A stretch of DNA of 63,452 bases, filler included, from Reticulomyxa filosa (GCA_000512085.1; 20 parts of 20 records of this genome joined end to end with filler, not necessarily neighbours in it), one strand, 5' to 3'; shown: positions 11,896 through 25,208, counted from the whole stretch's first letter. A program made the numbers and translations. Notes: generated by a model from the sequence alone, not told the origin.

Positions 11896-12969
11896 ATAAG
11901 AAATAATTGAATGATGATAGTAAAATTAAGTTATTATGAAACTGTAACAAGAACGCTAAAAAAAAATGTTTGACTGCATTAACTAAGAAGAAGGCATATT
12001 AGAAGACATCAATATCGATTCAAGACTCGAATTTGCAAATTGTTATAAAAAAGGGGAACGTGATGATCTCTTTGAGAAAATAAAAAACAATTAAAATTAT
12101 TCTGAATATGATGTAGATTTAAGATATTAGAAAGCTCATTTAACGTTGTGCACAGTCACACTTTGCTTATTATGTCATTGTCGAAACAAAAAAGTAACAA
12201 AAAGGGTTGAACATAGATATTTACGAATATTTCTTCATAGTTCGATAATTTTCAATATATTCAACTAATTTGCTCTTTATTTGGCGCAGCAAAAGCTCAT
12301 TTGTATTTATTTAAAAAAAGGAAAACAATTCCAATCATTCAATGAAATAGCATATTTATTTAAATGAATTTTGTACTTTATTATGTCAAAATTAAATTGT
12401 TTTGCTTAACATATATCTAAACTATTAAACTCAATTTTGAATAAGTATTTGATATAAAAAGTGTGTTCATGCAATACCAAATGAAAACTTATCAACTCTG
12501 TTGTCATGCATGATTCAAATGCATTCTTTCATTATGTAATTGGAATATTTATATAGAGTTTTCATTTCTTTAAATGCTTTAGACTTAGTTGAATATTATA
12601 TTGTTAAATAACTTAACATTTTCAGAAATTATTTCATCAAAGTCATAAGTTCGTCCTCTTTTAATAATATTCTTACATTGTTGACGTTTCATCTGCAATG
12701 ATTCACTATTAATTTGAATAAAGTTTTATAAGCTCACAAAAATACAATCTAATTCTTTTCAAAGTGCAGTTTTCATTTATTATGCTTTCCAATTCTTTAA
12801 AAAACATTAAATGCAGTTTTTTAAACTTTTTTAAACAACAAAGTAAGATAAAACACATCTTTTAGTGTATGCTCAATCAAATCAAACAAGTTCAGTATCA
12901 TCTTACTTTTCTTTTAATAAAACTTTTCAAACAAAAACACTTTCATTTTTTGTTTAACAAAAAAGCAAA

Positions 12970-13439
12970 TTATCCCCAAATACGAATGGGCCCTTTCCAT
13001 GAACCATAACACAAGTTCAAATCATATCTGACATTATTTGTCTCCTTTTTCTTTTTCAAAACAATAAATTTAAGACAATATATTCCGTCATCTTCTTTCT
13101 CATCTCCTTTGATCATATACAATTCATTCTTATTTGATCGAATATCCCAAAAACGAATTGTGTTATCAATTGATCCAGAACATATCATATTCGAATTACC
13201 ACTATTATTCTTTATCCCAAATGGTAAATATTCAACAGACAATGCAATACTTGTATGTCCATTGAACACTTGGATTTGCTGACCAGATCGAATATCCCAC
13301 AAACGAATATTTTTATCATCTGATCCAGATAATATTGTATTTATTAATTTATTTGATCCATATTTTACACTCCTCACATTACCTGTATGTCCTTTAAATA
13401 TATTGAATTGTTTGGTTGTTTCAATATCCCATATTCGAA
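12970..13439 (-). CDS. WD40-repeat protein, C-terminal part (5'-truncated by contig end)
   Basis: 'ILSGSDDKNIRLWDIRSGQQIQVFNGH', 'ICSGSIDNTIRFWDIR'; ends 'LCYGSWKGPIRIWG*'. Confidence 0.92.
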
Positions 13440-13539
13440 NNNNNNNNNNNNNNNNNNNNNNNNNNNNNNNNNNNNNNNNNNNNTTAATTAATTAANNNNN
13501 NNNNNNNNNNNNNNNNNNNNNNNNNNNNNNNNNNNNNNN

Positions 13540-14983
13540 AGGCGCGCTTCCTGGCCTTCCTGCTTGGCCAGCTCCCACGGTTGTTGGCATCAACGTAGGC
13601 GTTCACCACGTCGGCAATGCCCATGATCTCGCGCAGTGCCTTGGCGTACTCGCGCGCTTCGAAGGCGGCGGCGATGTTGTCGGCCTCGGCGGCGATATTG
13701 CCCAGCAGGCGGGTTTCATCCTGCACGCTGTCGGCCAGCTTGCCGCCAAAGCGCTTCGTAATGAAGCCGGCGGCGCGGCTGGCGATGTTGACGTACTTGC
13801 CTACCACGTCGGAATTGACGCGGGCCACGAAGTCACCCAGGTTCAGGTCGATGTCTTCGATGCGGCTGTTGAGCTTGCCGGCGATGTAGTAACGCATCCA
13901 TTCCGGGTTCAGGCCGCATTCCAGGTAGCTCTTGGCGGTGATGAAGGTGCCGCGCGACTTGGACATCTTCTGGCCGTCCACGGTGAGGAAGCCGTGGGCG
14001 AACACGCCGGTAGGCGCGCGCATGCCGGAGAACTTCAGCGTGGCAGGCCAGAACAGCGCGTGGAAGTACAGGATGTCCTTGCCGATGAAGTGGTACATCT
14101 CGGTGTCGGTGTCCGGCTTGAACCAGGCGTCGAAGTCCAGGTTCAGCTGTGCGCACAGCTTCTTGAAGCTGGCCATGTAGCCGATCGGCGCATCCAGCCA
14201 CACGTAGAAATACTTGCCCGGCGCGTCGGGAATCTCGAAGCCGAAGTACGGGGCGTCACGGCTGATGTCCCAGTCCTGCAGGCCGCCGCCGATCCACTCG
14301 TTCATCTTGTTCAGCGATTCCGGCTGCAGATGCGGCTGTACCACGCCGTCGGCGCGGGTGGTGTTGCCGCTGGTCCAGTCGCGCAGGAAGTCGGCGCACT
14401 CGCCCAAGCGGAAGAAGTAGTGCTCGGAGGTTTTCAGCACCGGCGTGGCGCCGGACACCGCCGAGTACGGGTTCTTCAGTTCGGTGGGGTTGTAGGTGGC
14501 GCCGCACACTTCACAGTTGTCGCCGTACTGGTCTCTGGCGCTGCATTTCGGGCATTCGCCCTTCACGAAGCGGTCCGGCAGGAACATCTGCTTTTCCGGG
14601 TCGAACAGCTGCTCGATGGTACGCGAGGTAATCTTGTTGTCGGCACGCAGCGCGCGGTACATCTGCTGCGCCAGTTCCTTGTTTTCCGGGCTGTTGGTGC
14701 TGTAGTAGCTGTCGTGGCCGATCAGGAAGCCCTGCGAATCGGCCACGTGCAGCGCTTCCACTTCGGCGATCAGCTGCTCGGGGGTAATGCCGCGCTTCTC
14801 GGCTGCCAGCATGATGGGCGCGCCGTGGGTGTCATCGGCACACACGTAGTAGCACTCGTGGCCGCGCATCTTCTGGAAGCGCACCCAGATGTCGGTTTGG
14901 ATCTGTTCGAGCATGTGGCCAAGGTGCAGCCCCGCGTTGGCGTAAGGCAGTGCACTGGTCACCAGAATCTTGCGTTTGGTCAT
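13540..14983 (-). CDS. metG: Bacterial methionyl-tRNA synthetase (3'-truncated) on a separate GC-rich contig; likely Neisseriales/Chromobacteriaceae contaminant or associate
   Basis: '[16 protein letters not shown]' (HIGH), Zn knuckle '[15 protein letters not shown]', '[10 protein letters not shown]', 'KMSKS'. Intronless, far higher GC than the host. A 1-nt slip near 13580 hides 'KPWELAK'. Confidence 0.97.
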
Positions 14984-15281
14984 GGAGAAGCGTCCGGTGA
15001 AAGGATTCGGTAAACCGTCGATTATAACGACAAAGGTTGGCCGCGACAGTCATCGCGGCCAACCTTCTGTATTTGTGCCACCTGGGGCGGCAGGCTGGCC
15101 GATCAGGCCGACTGCGGCAGCAGGTCCGGGTCGTCGCGTTCGGCCATCGCCACTGCCACTTGCGGGCGCGCCAGCCACACGNNNNNNNNNNNNNNNNNNN
15201 NNNNNNNNNNNNNNNNNNNNNNNNNTTAATTAATTAANNNNNNNNNNNNNNNNNNNNNNNNNNNNNNNNNNNNNNNNNNNN

Positions 15282-15415
15282 AAAGTTGACACCTAAAACG
15301 GCACCTTATAGATTATTGATTTTCTTCATGAAAAAATAACACTCAGACAGAATTTTTAAAAAATATCTACAAATAGTGTAGTTTTTAAATATCATTTTGG
15401 TTTTTTATTAAATCT
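15282..15415 (+). repeat. Dispersed ~140-bp non-coding element, subtype A
   Basis: 'aaagttgacacctaaaacggca...ttgattttcttcatgaaaaaa...tgtagtttttaaatatcatttt' matches the reverse complement of 31812-31947. Confidence 0.8.
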
Positions 15416-16144
15416 TTACTAATTATTTCAATATTTTATACTTTATTTTTCTTTTCTTTTTTTTTTTTTAGGTTAATGTAGTTTGATATTTGAGTTTTTA
15501 AATTATTTTATAGCACTAGAATCTAAGCTTGAACAATATAGACTAATCAAAAACCACAAGCCAGCAGAATATGACTGAAACACAAAGTTTGACGTCGATG
15601 TTATTGGCCTACAATAATAATATAGCTGCTACGAATTCCAAACAATAATAACGCTATTAAAATTAACGATGTAAAAACTGACTATGTTAAAGTCGAACAA
15701 CAAACGCAACTAAACAATACTATGTTAATACATACTGTAAGGCAAAGCTTGTAATGAAGCAAATGCACTTGCATACATTGCAAAGCTAATAACGATTTCC
15801 AAGACTGACTAATCACTACGACAAATATCAGTTGTGTCATTATTGCGTCGTAATTCAACACATATTTTTCTTTAAAAGCACATTAAGCGATCAATAATGT
15901 CATTGGATTCAATTAATTAAGTATTGTTGCAAAAGCATTTATCTAAATATTCACAAATATGTTCGAGTCATTATGCAATAAGCCAAACAACACAATCTAG
16001 ATAAATGCATTTTGAAATCTATTTTGCTGTAACTCATGTAAAAAAATCAAGCTATTGTGGTTTGAAAGAACATCAATGTGTTATATAATTATGTTCATTG
16101 ATTATATTCCAATAACATTCCATTACTTTTGCATAATTGGTATA

Positions 16145-16295
16145 TTACAGTAGATCGCAAAAAAAACTGCAATACCTAAATGGCACTATATGAAGAGAAT
16201 TGATTTTCTCCATGAAAAATAAAGATTTAAACCTAATTTTTTTTAAAAAAATATATACTAATCTTGTAGTTTTTAAATATGAAATTAGTTTTATG
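16145..16295 (+). repeat. Dispersed ~140-bp non-coding element, subtype B (direct repeat of the 15282 copy)
   Basis: Aligns by eye with the reverse complement of 11755-11895 and, more loosely, with 15282-15415. Confidence 0.8.
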
Positions 16296-16450
16296 ATAAG
16301 TTTTTTCTAGGTTAATCAAAAATATGATTTTTTCAAATGATTTTTAAAAANNNNNNNNNNNNNNNNNNNNNNNNNNNNNNNNNNNNNNNNNNNNTTAATT
16401 AATTAANNNNNNNNNNNNNNNNNNNNNNNNNNNNNNNNNNNNNNNNNNNN

Positions 16451-17930
16451 ACCAAACCTCCGACCAAGCCACCGACGAAACCTCCGACCAAACTTCCAAC
16501 GAAGATGCCAACGAAGCCACCGACAAAGTTTCCGACGAAACGTCCGACGAGACATCCAACGAGACATCCCACGAAACATCCCACGGGACTCCCCAGTCGA
16601 TATCCCACTCGCAGTCCCTCAATTCACCCAAGTGCGTATCCCTCGGCGTTTCCTACGTTTGCTCCGACAATACGTCCCAGTGTATCGCCTACGGCCAAAC
16701 CGACTGCGTATCCGACTGCTCAACCCACGCAGACACCTTCTCGTGCTCCCACTCAATCCCCTTCTCGAACGCCTTCCTCCGCACCTACTCTTCCTCCTGC
16801 GAAACAGCAAGCACTCTCCGGCAAAGTCGTGGGCACCATTGTCGGCGTCGTCGGCGGACTCGTCCTCGTCGGTGTCGTTATCTTTGTTTGCTACTTTTCA
16901 ATTTATCGCAAAACGCAAAACGACTCACAAACCACTTTCACGTCAAATCGCTTTGTCAGCAAAAACATTCGCTCCTTTTTTAATACCAATCTCAACGCCG
17001 TTTCTTCAACTACAAAATCGAATCTTGCAGGTTTGCAGTTGTTACGTCGTTCTTCGAACGCTATTCACTTATTTCTTCATTTCTTTATCTATGCAATGTC
17101 AATGTAATAGCTTTTTTTTTTTAAATAATAATAATAATAAATGATAAACAGATAATACCACGATGACGACAGAGTTTAAAAATAAATCGGCTGGCCAAGA
17201 ACAAGCAATTGTCAGAGAAGAATCCTTCGGAACCTCGCCCAGATCGCCGGGTGATATTCTGATGTCGCAAGCAGAAGCCACACCGGGCAAACCGATTGAT
17301 CCGAAACAACAACCCAAAGCTTCCGCAGAGGCGGCCACTGAATTAGGGCTGTCGCAAGATGAAATCGAACGCCAAAAGAAAGCTATGAAACTGATGGAAC
17401 ATAAAAAAATTATTATTGCCCAACAAAATGAATTGCAAAAATGGAAACACAAACCTGCACCACCTCCTCGTCCACCTGGTAAGAAGAGTAACACTGCTGC
17501 TGCTGCTGCTGCATCAGCGCCGTCCCAAGTGGGTCAGTCTGCCAACAAACCCGATTCGGCTCCTGCACGATTACGGGATGCCGATGAAGACAGTGTTGGA
17601 GCAGATGAATCGGGTGATGAAAAACTCGATGTTTTAGATGCTCAATTTGAGACACCAATGGGATTGCCTCAGTTTTGAACTGACCTTTTTCCAAAAAAAA
17701 AAATTTATTGCATAATTATACGTAATGTATTACATGCATGTATACATATAAATACATTATATACAATCTCTTTCAACAGGAACCAAGAAATCAATCTGAA
17801 TGAATCAGATGACGAAGTCCCAGAGCAACCCGCTCCAGAACTTGAACCTCCTCCTTTGCAATCATCTGGATTTTTAAACATGCCACAACTTCCAAGCTCA
17901 GTCAAAACTGACAACAGTGCACTTGAGTAG
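16451..17930 (+). CDS. Pro/Thr-rich (PTxxPT) mucin-like type I membrane protein, 5'-partial, 3 exons
   Basis: PT/PS tetrapeptide repeats, TM 'VVGTIVGVVGGLVLVGVVIFVCYF', cytoplasmic tail with 'PAPPPRPP'. Introns 17031-17151 and 17672-17779 join the ORFs in frame to TAG at 17930. Confidence 0.8.
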
Positions 17931-18592
17931 GACGTTCATAGTAACGTCAGCGAAAAGATTTAAAAAATAGAGCTGGGAGTGATACAACACACACAAGTAT
18001 TGCACGCAAGAGTGGCACAAGCAAATCACTATGTATTTATTTCAGTGTAAATTACTTTTTCTCTTTCTCCAGCTTAGCTTCCTAAAAAAAGGAATGCACT
18101 ATATATCAAAATTGTCAAATACATATCCAAATTTTTAACTTTAACTCTGCAAAATTCCAGTGTTGGTTTATTTTGTTGAAAACTCTCAAAAATAGACCTT
18201 TTTCTTACAAAAAATTTGAATAATTGTTATTATGTATTTCCCCCTAGATTTTTTGGAAGTAATTTGAGGGTAAAACAATTTTAAAAAAGTTGTATTTAAA
18301 TGAAAATTGATTTGTTTCCCACTGTAATAGTAAACGAGTACAAAGGACAGAAGGGAAAATATTCACTGATATATAAATGCGTTTTTTTTTGTCACATGCT
18401 GATCCAACTTTATAGGGGGAGGAAGAATAGTTAAGGAGAGAACACAGTAACAAAAACAAATTCCAAGGAGACAATCCACTTGCTCATTGAAATGAAGAGA
18501 AGCCCAATCCATCAAAACACACACACACACACAAGAACCAAAAAAAAAAAAAAAGAAAAATGAAACCCGCAATCAAACTTGAGGTATCTTAG

Positions 18593-19709
18593 TTACAACC
18601 AAACGTCAGACATTTCAATCAACAGTCCGCGATTAAGTGGTGACAAACGAGGAATGGCTTGATAGACCTGAATGGTAATTTTCAGAATGTAGGCCTCTAA
18701 CAACACCGATATAACGGTTAAAATGAGCATTAAAACTGTCGGATAGAAATATGCTAACAACAAACGAAATATGATGCTAAGAATGATGAACAACATATAA
18801 CCGATCTATAAATATGTTTGGAAGGAAAGAAGCAAAAACGTTGCCAGATACACACGCATACAAGACATAAAACATAACAAACAAAATTATATATGTATAT
18901 GCATATATATATCTCTTATCCCATCCACATATTTAACAAATTGAAATTTAACTAAAGCAGATCGGTTGAGATTCTTGGCACCGAAATACCCACACATGGC
19001 CAAAGGTAAAACCACCAAAAAGATCCAAGCTCCCCAAATGGCGAATAATATTAACAGTATGCAATCAATGACAGCAAATAATCGTATCAATCTGGTGTGT
19101 CTTGAAATTTCCATTATTTCTTCGTAATCCACTTGTTGTTGTTGCTGTTGTTGCTGCTGTTGCTGTTGCTGGTGGTGTTGTTGATGATATTGTTGATATT
19201 GTTGTTGCTGTTGATAGATTCCGTCTTGCGCAGATGCCAATGGCGTATTTTCATCAAAGCCATCATTCGATCGCCCTAAACTTCCTCCTACCGCATATCC
19301 TGTTGATGCTTGTTCCGTACTTTTTTTTTTTTTTTTTTTTTTTTTGTAGTTTTTTTTTTCTTTCCCTCTCTCTCCCCCCCTTTTTACAATGCTAATATCG
19401 ACGTATGCGTGATTAAGTGAAGAGACAAACTTGGGCACTGCTTCTCCTTTTCACCAAATGAATGGTTCGACCGTCTTGGATGTTGTAGTCGGACAATCGA
19501 CGGTTGTCCACCAACTCGTGACCACTGAAAATCAATCGCTGCATGCTTGGGTGGATATCCTTCAATGAATAAATACACTCTTTTAGCTCAATTACTGTAC
19601 TGTCCCCACTTATTTCTACAGAGTACTGAGTCCCTGTCAGTTCTTTTATATTCAGTTTGATTAACGAATCATCGTTTGCTACGACCGAAACGGAATGCTC
19701 TACCGACAT
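18593..19709 (-). CDS. Ubiquitin-like domain + poly-Q + four-TM membrane protein (3 exons, junctions approximate)
   Basis: Ubl '[49 protein letters not shown]' with no C-terminal GG. Downstream same-strand ORFs give poly-Q and four hydrophobic helices. Confidence 0.75.
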
Positions 19710-20501
19710 GTCCAAATACTTGCAGTTTGAGGATATTAAACAAGCAAAAGAAAAGAAAAGAATAAAACGTCGCAAAGGGGAGTGAAACAAATTTAGCTTT
19801 TCGCTTTTTTCAACTTTAACTTGGCCCAGTACTTTTCACAAGTCTAAATATAGTTGCTCGGATTGAAACCTAGGACATATTTTTAGTCCTTTTTTTTTGG
19901 CTTCTGTCATGTACAAAAATTTATTTGATCATGATATTGAAAAGTTAGTACAAAAAGCTGTTGTTCCAAAGGAGATCTTTTTGTTCAAAATTGAGACTTA
20001 ACGCACAAAGCGAAAGTGTAAAGTGTGAAAAAATTTAAAATATAAAACTATTCTTGTGGATTTTCAAGAAATTTTGGTTAAGTGTTTGTTTAAATGAGAG
20101 GTCAGCAACATTCCACGACCCCCTCTGGAGCCGCTTGACCTGCAAGTATTTTTGAAAGAAAGGAAGACAAGGGAAAAAAATAATATTGGAATAAATAGAC
20201 CTGTCAATATAAATACGATAAAAATCAAATATGTAAACTTATACAAAGTGAGAAATATGTTCCAAAAAAATGTTGAAATTTTTGAATAATTTGCCTAAGG
20301 CAAGGCTCTTGTCCTTTTAAAATAAAATCAACGGTGCTAGGGTTAGTTTGCTAAGGTGTACATTGAATTCCGAAAAAGTCCAAACAAAGAGTTTGTTTCA
20401 CTTTCTGTCGCTGTTCAAGTAAGAAAAGAGGGGCAGAAGGAACAAGTGTAAAAGAATTTTTTGTTTATTGTTAAGTGGTTTTGGAAGACAAAAAGACCAA
20501 G

Positions 20502-20720
20502 ATGAGTACAATTTTTGCACGTACACAACGAAGTATTTCTAAGAGAGCTTTTAGCCAGCAATTTTTGTTTGCAAAGCGATGGGAAAGTGGACAATATACT
20601 GGTTACGTTGCTTTTTTCAACGAAGAAAAGTTGAATGGAATGATTGTACGAGAAGATACACCTGACAATACTTACTTTTTCAATGCGGCAGATATACATG
20701 CAGCAACAGTTCCACGAGTA
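20502..20720 (+). CDS. Cold-shock-domain protein with a probable mitochondrial targeting peptide (first exon, 3'-partial)
   Basis: Arg/Ser-rich, acid-free N-terminus, then 'YTGYVAFFNEEKLNGMIVRED...YFFNAADI' (CSD RNP1/RNP2-like). Confidence 0.6.
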
Positions 20721-21569
20721 AGGTCAGTGCAAAATTTTTCCAACTCTTTTTCGCGTTTTTAACCATCACGCCCCTCCTTTCAGCCAGAAATTTCTTTCCA
20801 TTTCTGTCCTTTTTTTTTTTTTNNNNNNNNNNNNNNNNNNNNNNNNNNNNNNNNNNNNNNNNNNNNTTAATTAATTAANNNNNNNNNNNNNNNNNNNNNN
20901 NNNNNNNNNNNNNNNNNNNNNNATTTTTATTTTTTGACATAATTAATGTTGTTTGTTTTTGATTAACAGACTCAACCCGTCTATTAAAAAAAAAAATGGT
21001 TTTTTATGTGGATGCTGTGCATCCTTCAGCAAAGAGAAAAAAAAAATGAATATGGGGTAAGGCCCCCCGTCTCCACAAGGAGACAAAAAGGTTTGTTATA
21101 TTATATACTTTTTTTTCTTGGACAAATTAACTTTGCGTATTTTTTTATAACAGCCGCAGCCCTCTTATTTAAAAAAAAGTATAATCCCTGCCCTTCAAAG
21201 AAAACAGGGTTGAAGCCACCCCGCGCTGAATAAAAAATAAAAGAGTTTGCATTTTTTTTTTTTTATTTTTATCAAATGTTTGTTGTTGGAAAAAAGAGGG
21301 AAAAATTGTTGGAAAAAATGGAGGGAAAATTGTTGGAAAAAGGGGGGGAAAAATTGTTGGAGAAAAAGGAGGGAGTTGGAAAAATGAAAAAAAAATTAAA
21401 GAGTGAAAATAAGAAAATAGAAAAGAAAGAAAAAAAAAAGATAAAGAGAATTAAAAAATGAAAAAGAAAAAAAAAAATGACAATTGGAAAAAAAAAGAAA
21501 AAAAATTGGAAAAAAAAGGAGAAAAATTGAAAAAGGGAGGGAAATTGAAAAGAAAAAATGGGATATTAT

Positions 21570-23316
21570 CCCAAGAACGTGGAGTAGATGCGCATTAGCG
21601 CGTTGTCCAAAGAAGAAGAAGAAGCAGAAGAGCGACAATGATGCTTCAAATGCAAGTCTGGGCGAATTGGAAGCGAAGCCCAGTCTCAAGCACATTCAAA
21701 GTCAGCGACAAAGTAAAACTGACTCGTGAAAAAATTGGCGATGAAGTGATCGATTTGGATTGGTCAATGGACACATTGGGCTATGAAGGAAAAGTCAATG
21801 GCGTGGGAGTATCAAATGACGATGATTGGATCGATCCAGAAACAAAAATATCAAAGATGGCGAATGTATTGAATTGGATCATAGTTGTAAATATGGTGAA
21901 ATAGATTGTCGTGCTGACTTTAATCGCAGCAAAAAATTTGGAACCGAACTCGATGATTGGTGGGTCAATGATATGATAGAATTCAATATGGACAAGTTCA
22001 CCACAAAAAAAAAAGGGTAAATTTACATTGTTTTATCATAGTTGTGTGTATTTCAGTACCGTGTGCGAAAAGTCGTGAATACTTTGCTAGTCACGTTCTG
22101 GCCAATGTAATATTGAACGATTTGAAGGAGGACCCGTGAGAAAAGAAACAAGTCGACGAAAAAAACGAATATCCAGACTTCGAAAATATTTGCAAGACAT
22201 TGGAAATTATGAAAAGCGCTTGGTGAACAAAGAATAATTCGTAAAAATCAAATCAAAGAGATTTGACGAAAAGACCAACTCAAAGAAATTTGCACCATTT
22301 GGAAACATCATCTCCTCCAACAATGCAAGACTTGACTCGTGACGTATACGATGAAGACACCAGGTCAGTGAACAAAGCGATAACGAAATATCTTTGGATA
22401 CGATGTCAAAAAGGAAGACCGAGAAAGTGAGTAGAAGTAAAAATGAATAAAGATGCAGACGAAGACAACAAAGCCGAACATGGATGCGCAAAAAGTATTG
22501 TGGAGAAATTGGTGATATTGCCCTCTTGCTGTCGGCGACAGAGTTCAAATCTTGGGAAACAAAACAGGTGCCATGCGCTGTCTTGGTGATTTGTGAAAAA
22601 CTTATTGGAATTTAGTTGGATAGCTGGCATCCTAACGCGACCAACGGCATTGCGAGTAAAGACTTATTTCAAAGTTGCTTTCTTTATTTGTTTATTTGTT
22701 CTTGACTTGTTTCAATTTCATCTAATTACATTTTAGTGCAATCCGGATACAATTCTATTTAGAGAATCTAGGATCAGTGGTATGATTTATTTATTTGTTT
22801 TTTTAAAAAAGTGTTTGATTATTGTTGGATTTTGTTTTGATGTTAGAAAGCAAACTGGCGCCAACGATAACAACATCAATGACGAAGAGGACGCAGCGCC
22901 ATCTCCGCAAGCGCCATTACCAAAAATCAAATTCAAAATTGAAGACTACATGAAATTATTTCGAAGGAAAGCAGTAGTGGTGAAATACATCGGAGAAATC
23001 GATTTAATGAAAGGAGATATCATCGATTTGAAGTTGGGGATACATGGAACCCTTACAGCACAATAAAAAATATTTTGAGGCCAATGTATGTCGTGGCCAT
23101 TTCACATGAAAAGGCTCTATTTCTCAAGTAGTGATCCCTTTGGTGAAGCAATTGGACCCGAAAACCTCCAATACAACCTTTAAATTCAAATCATTAAAGC
23201 CCGACAGTCGCATAGTCTTCGTCAATGGATGGGCGACAGGTGTCATCAAATATATTGATTATCCTCCTTTTGCCGATGGTGAAGTTATTAGTACTCAATT
23301 ATGTTTGTTTTTTTAG
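21570..23316 (+). pseudogene. Multi-CAP-Gly-domain gene, disrupted (pseudogene or poor assembly)
   Basis: Repeated CAP-Gly-like blocks 'VVVKYIGEIDLMKGDII..L', 'GVIKYIDYPPFADGEVI', 'IGI*LDSWHPNATNG', 'FGTELDDW', interrupted by stops and frameshifts. Confidence 0.6.
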
Positions 23317-23419
23317 AATNNNNNNNNNNNNNNNNNNNNNNNNNNNNNNNNNNNNNNNNNNNNTTAATTAATTAANNNNNNNNNNNNNNNNNNNNNNNNN
23401 NNNNNNNNNNNNNNNNNNN

Positions 23420-24146
23420 TGCTAATGCTAATGCTAATGCTAATGCTAATGCTAATACTAATACTAATACTAATATTAATGCTAATGTCAATGCCAATGC
23501 CAATGTTGCAGGGTCCCAATTGCAATCCAAAGAGAAGGATGCTCTTCCCAATGCCGAACGCAAGACCAAAGACGATAAGATCGTCGCCAATGGCAATGAC
23601 AAGGATGCCATGGAATCTCCTCAGTCGCTGTCGTCCAATATGAGCAAAGAGGAACAGATTTTGGTCACCTCCACCAAACCACTCACTCTCACACAAATCA
23701 TGAATGTCTATCCAATTGCACGCACCGTGCTGAGCTATCTGCCTTTGTCCCAACTTGTTTTGGTTTCTACGGTAATTTCAACGTCCTTGCAAAGAACAAA
23801 AAAAATAATAAAACAAAATAAAATACAATTACATTAAAGATTACAAACTCAATTGTTTGATTTAATACATTATATATACAATATCCCATACGTACATAAG
23901 TATGTCGCTTGCGACTTTGTTTGGTTCTGTGAACAAGGTGTGTGCATCGTGGAACTCAGTGGTCACTCGCTATTATGGCAACACCAAAGTGTTGGATTTG
24001 AGCGAATTTTACGGGGTAATTGGATCTCCCGAGTTTGATGAAAAAAATTTCTTTGGCACTTTTTTGCCAAGGTTTCACGCTGTGTCGGAGCTCTCTTTGC
24101 GCTATTGTACGCACTTGAAAGCTGCTCATTTGGATCGAGTTCATTT

Positions 24147-24177
<31 letters not shown>

Positions 24178-25208
24178 AGTCTCCTTTTTCCTCAAACTGA
24201 ATTCTACCCAAAAAAAAAAAAAAGAAAAAAATGTACATATATATACTCTAAAACGAGGCTATATCCTATCCTTTGTAAGAATATGTACATATACAACGTA
24301 CATGTACGTATATATGTACTACACATATTATAACATGTAATGTGCTGTTTTTTGGACTTTTGTTTTGAGGGGATAACAGATTTTGGCTGCATTGACTCCG
24401 ACGTCGGACGAAGAGTCCAAAAATGACAAGAAAAAAACCCCTCGCAAATCCGAAAAGAAGAAAAAAGAAATGCGCAATGGACACATTAAGCAAAACAAAA
24501 ACTTGACCTCGATCAATCTGTACTTTTGCAGTCGTTTGGGTTCCAATTCTCTTTGGAAAATTCAGTCCAGGGCGCCCAACTTACAGTTTTGTTTGTCGAG
24601 TAGAGGGCTTCTTCAATGGTGCATTTGCTCATTCATTTATGGCGCTTATGTGCATATGTATACGTACGTATGAAAATTATTTTGTGCATGTTTGTTTGCA
24701 AATGATTTTAAAAGAGAGCTCAATATCGGCCGATGTCATTCCATTACAGCAAACAAAGACATCAATGGTTTGAAAGCACTTGTTAAATTGCCGTTGCGTA
24801 AATTGACGATTGTGCGTACTTTATTATATACATATATACATATGTGTGTACATACATATGTATGTTTATATATACATATATATACATATATATGTATATA
24901 TTTAAAGCTGTGTTGATGTATGAAAAGACAAAGTTTTTTTCTTATTTTTATTGTAAATATGTTTTCAGAGTTTAGATCCGTCCATTGGCAAAGAGGAGGC
25001 CATGGAAGTCGTAAGTCTGCTGATCCATGAAGATTCGTTCCGAGAGTTGAAAGAGCTGGATTTGTCTCATGGATGCGAAATTTTGGGGGAACTGGATTTG
25101 AGTGATTTACGTGATGAACGGAACATCAAAATTTTGAAGCCGAAAAACACTCCGCATCAACAACGGCTATCTGCAGATGCAAACACTGATGATGATGTTG
25201 AAGATTGA
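23420..25208 (+). CDS. F-box/leucine-rich-repeat protein (multi-exon, 5'-partial)
   Basis: F-box-like 'IARTVLSYLPLSQLVLVST..VCASWNSVV'. Cys-containing LRRs 'ELSLRYCTHL', 'NLTSINLYFCSRL', 'ELNIGRCHSIT', 'LKELDLSHGC'. N-terminal Ala/Thr-Asn repeat encoded by (GCTAAT)n. Confidence 0.75.

Noticed and set aside
13540-14983. metG as horizontal transfer into the protist
   Set aside because: No physical linkage to host DNA, no amelioration and no introns.
13617-15233. Many overlapping ORFs around metG, including a 339-aa plus-strand ORF
   Set aside because: Shadow ORFs expected from GC-rich codon bias opposite a real gene.
23420-23505. (GCTAAT)n/(ACTAAT)n hexamer array at a contig end as a telomere
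   Set aside because: It runs in frame into the F-box gene as Ala-Asn/Thr-Asn repeats and degenerates codon-wise.
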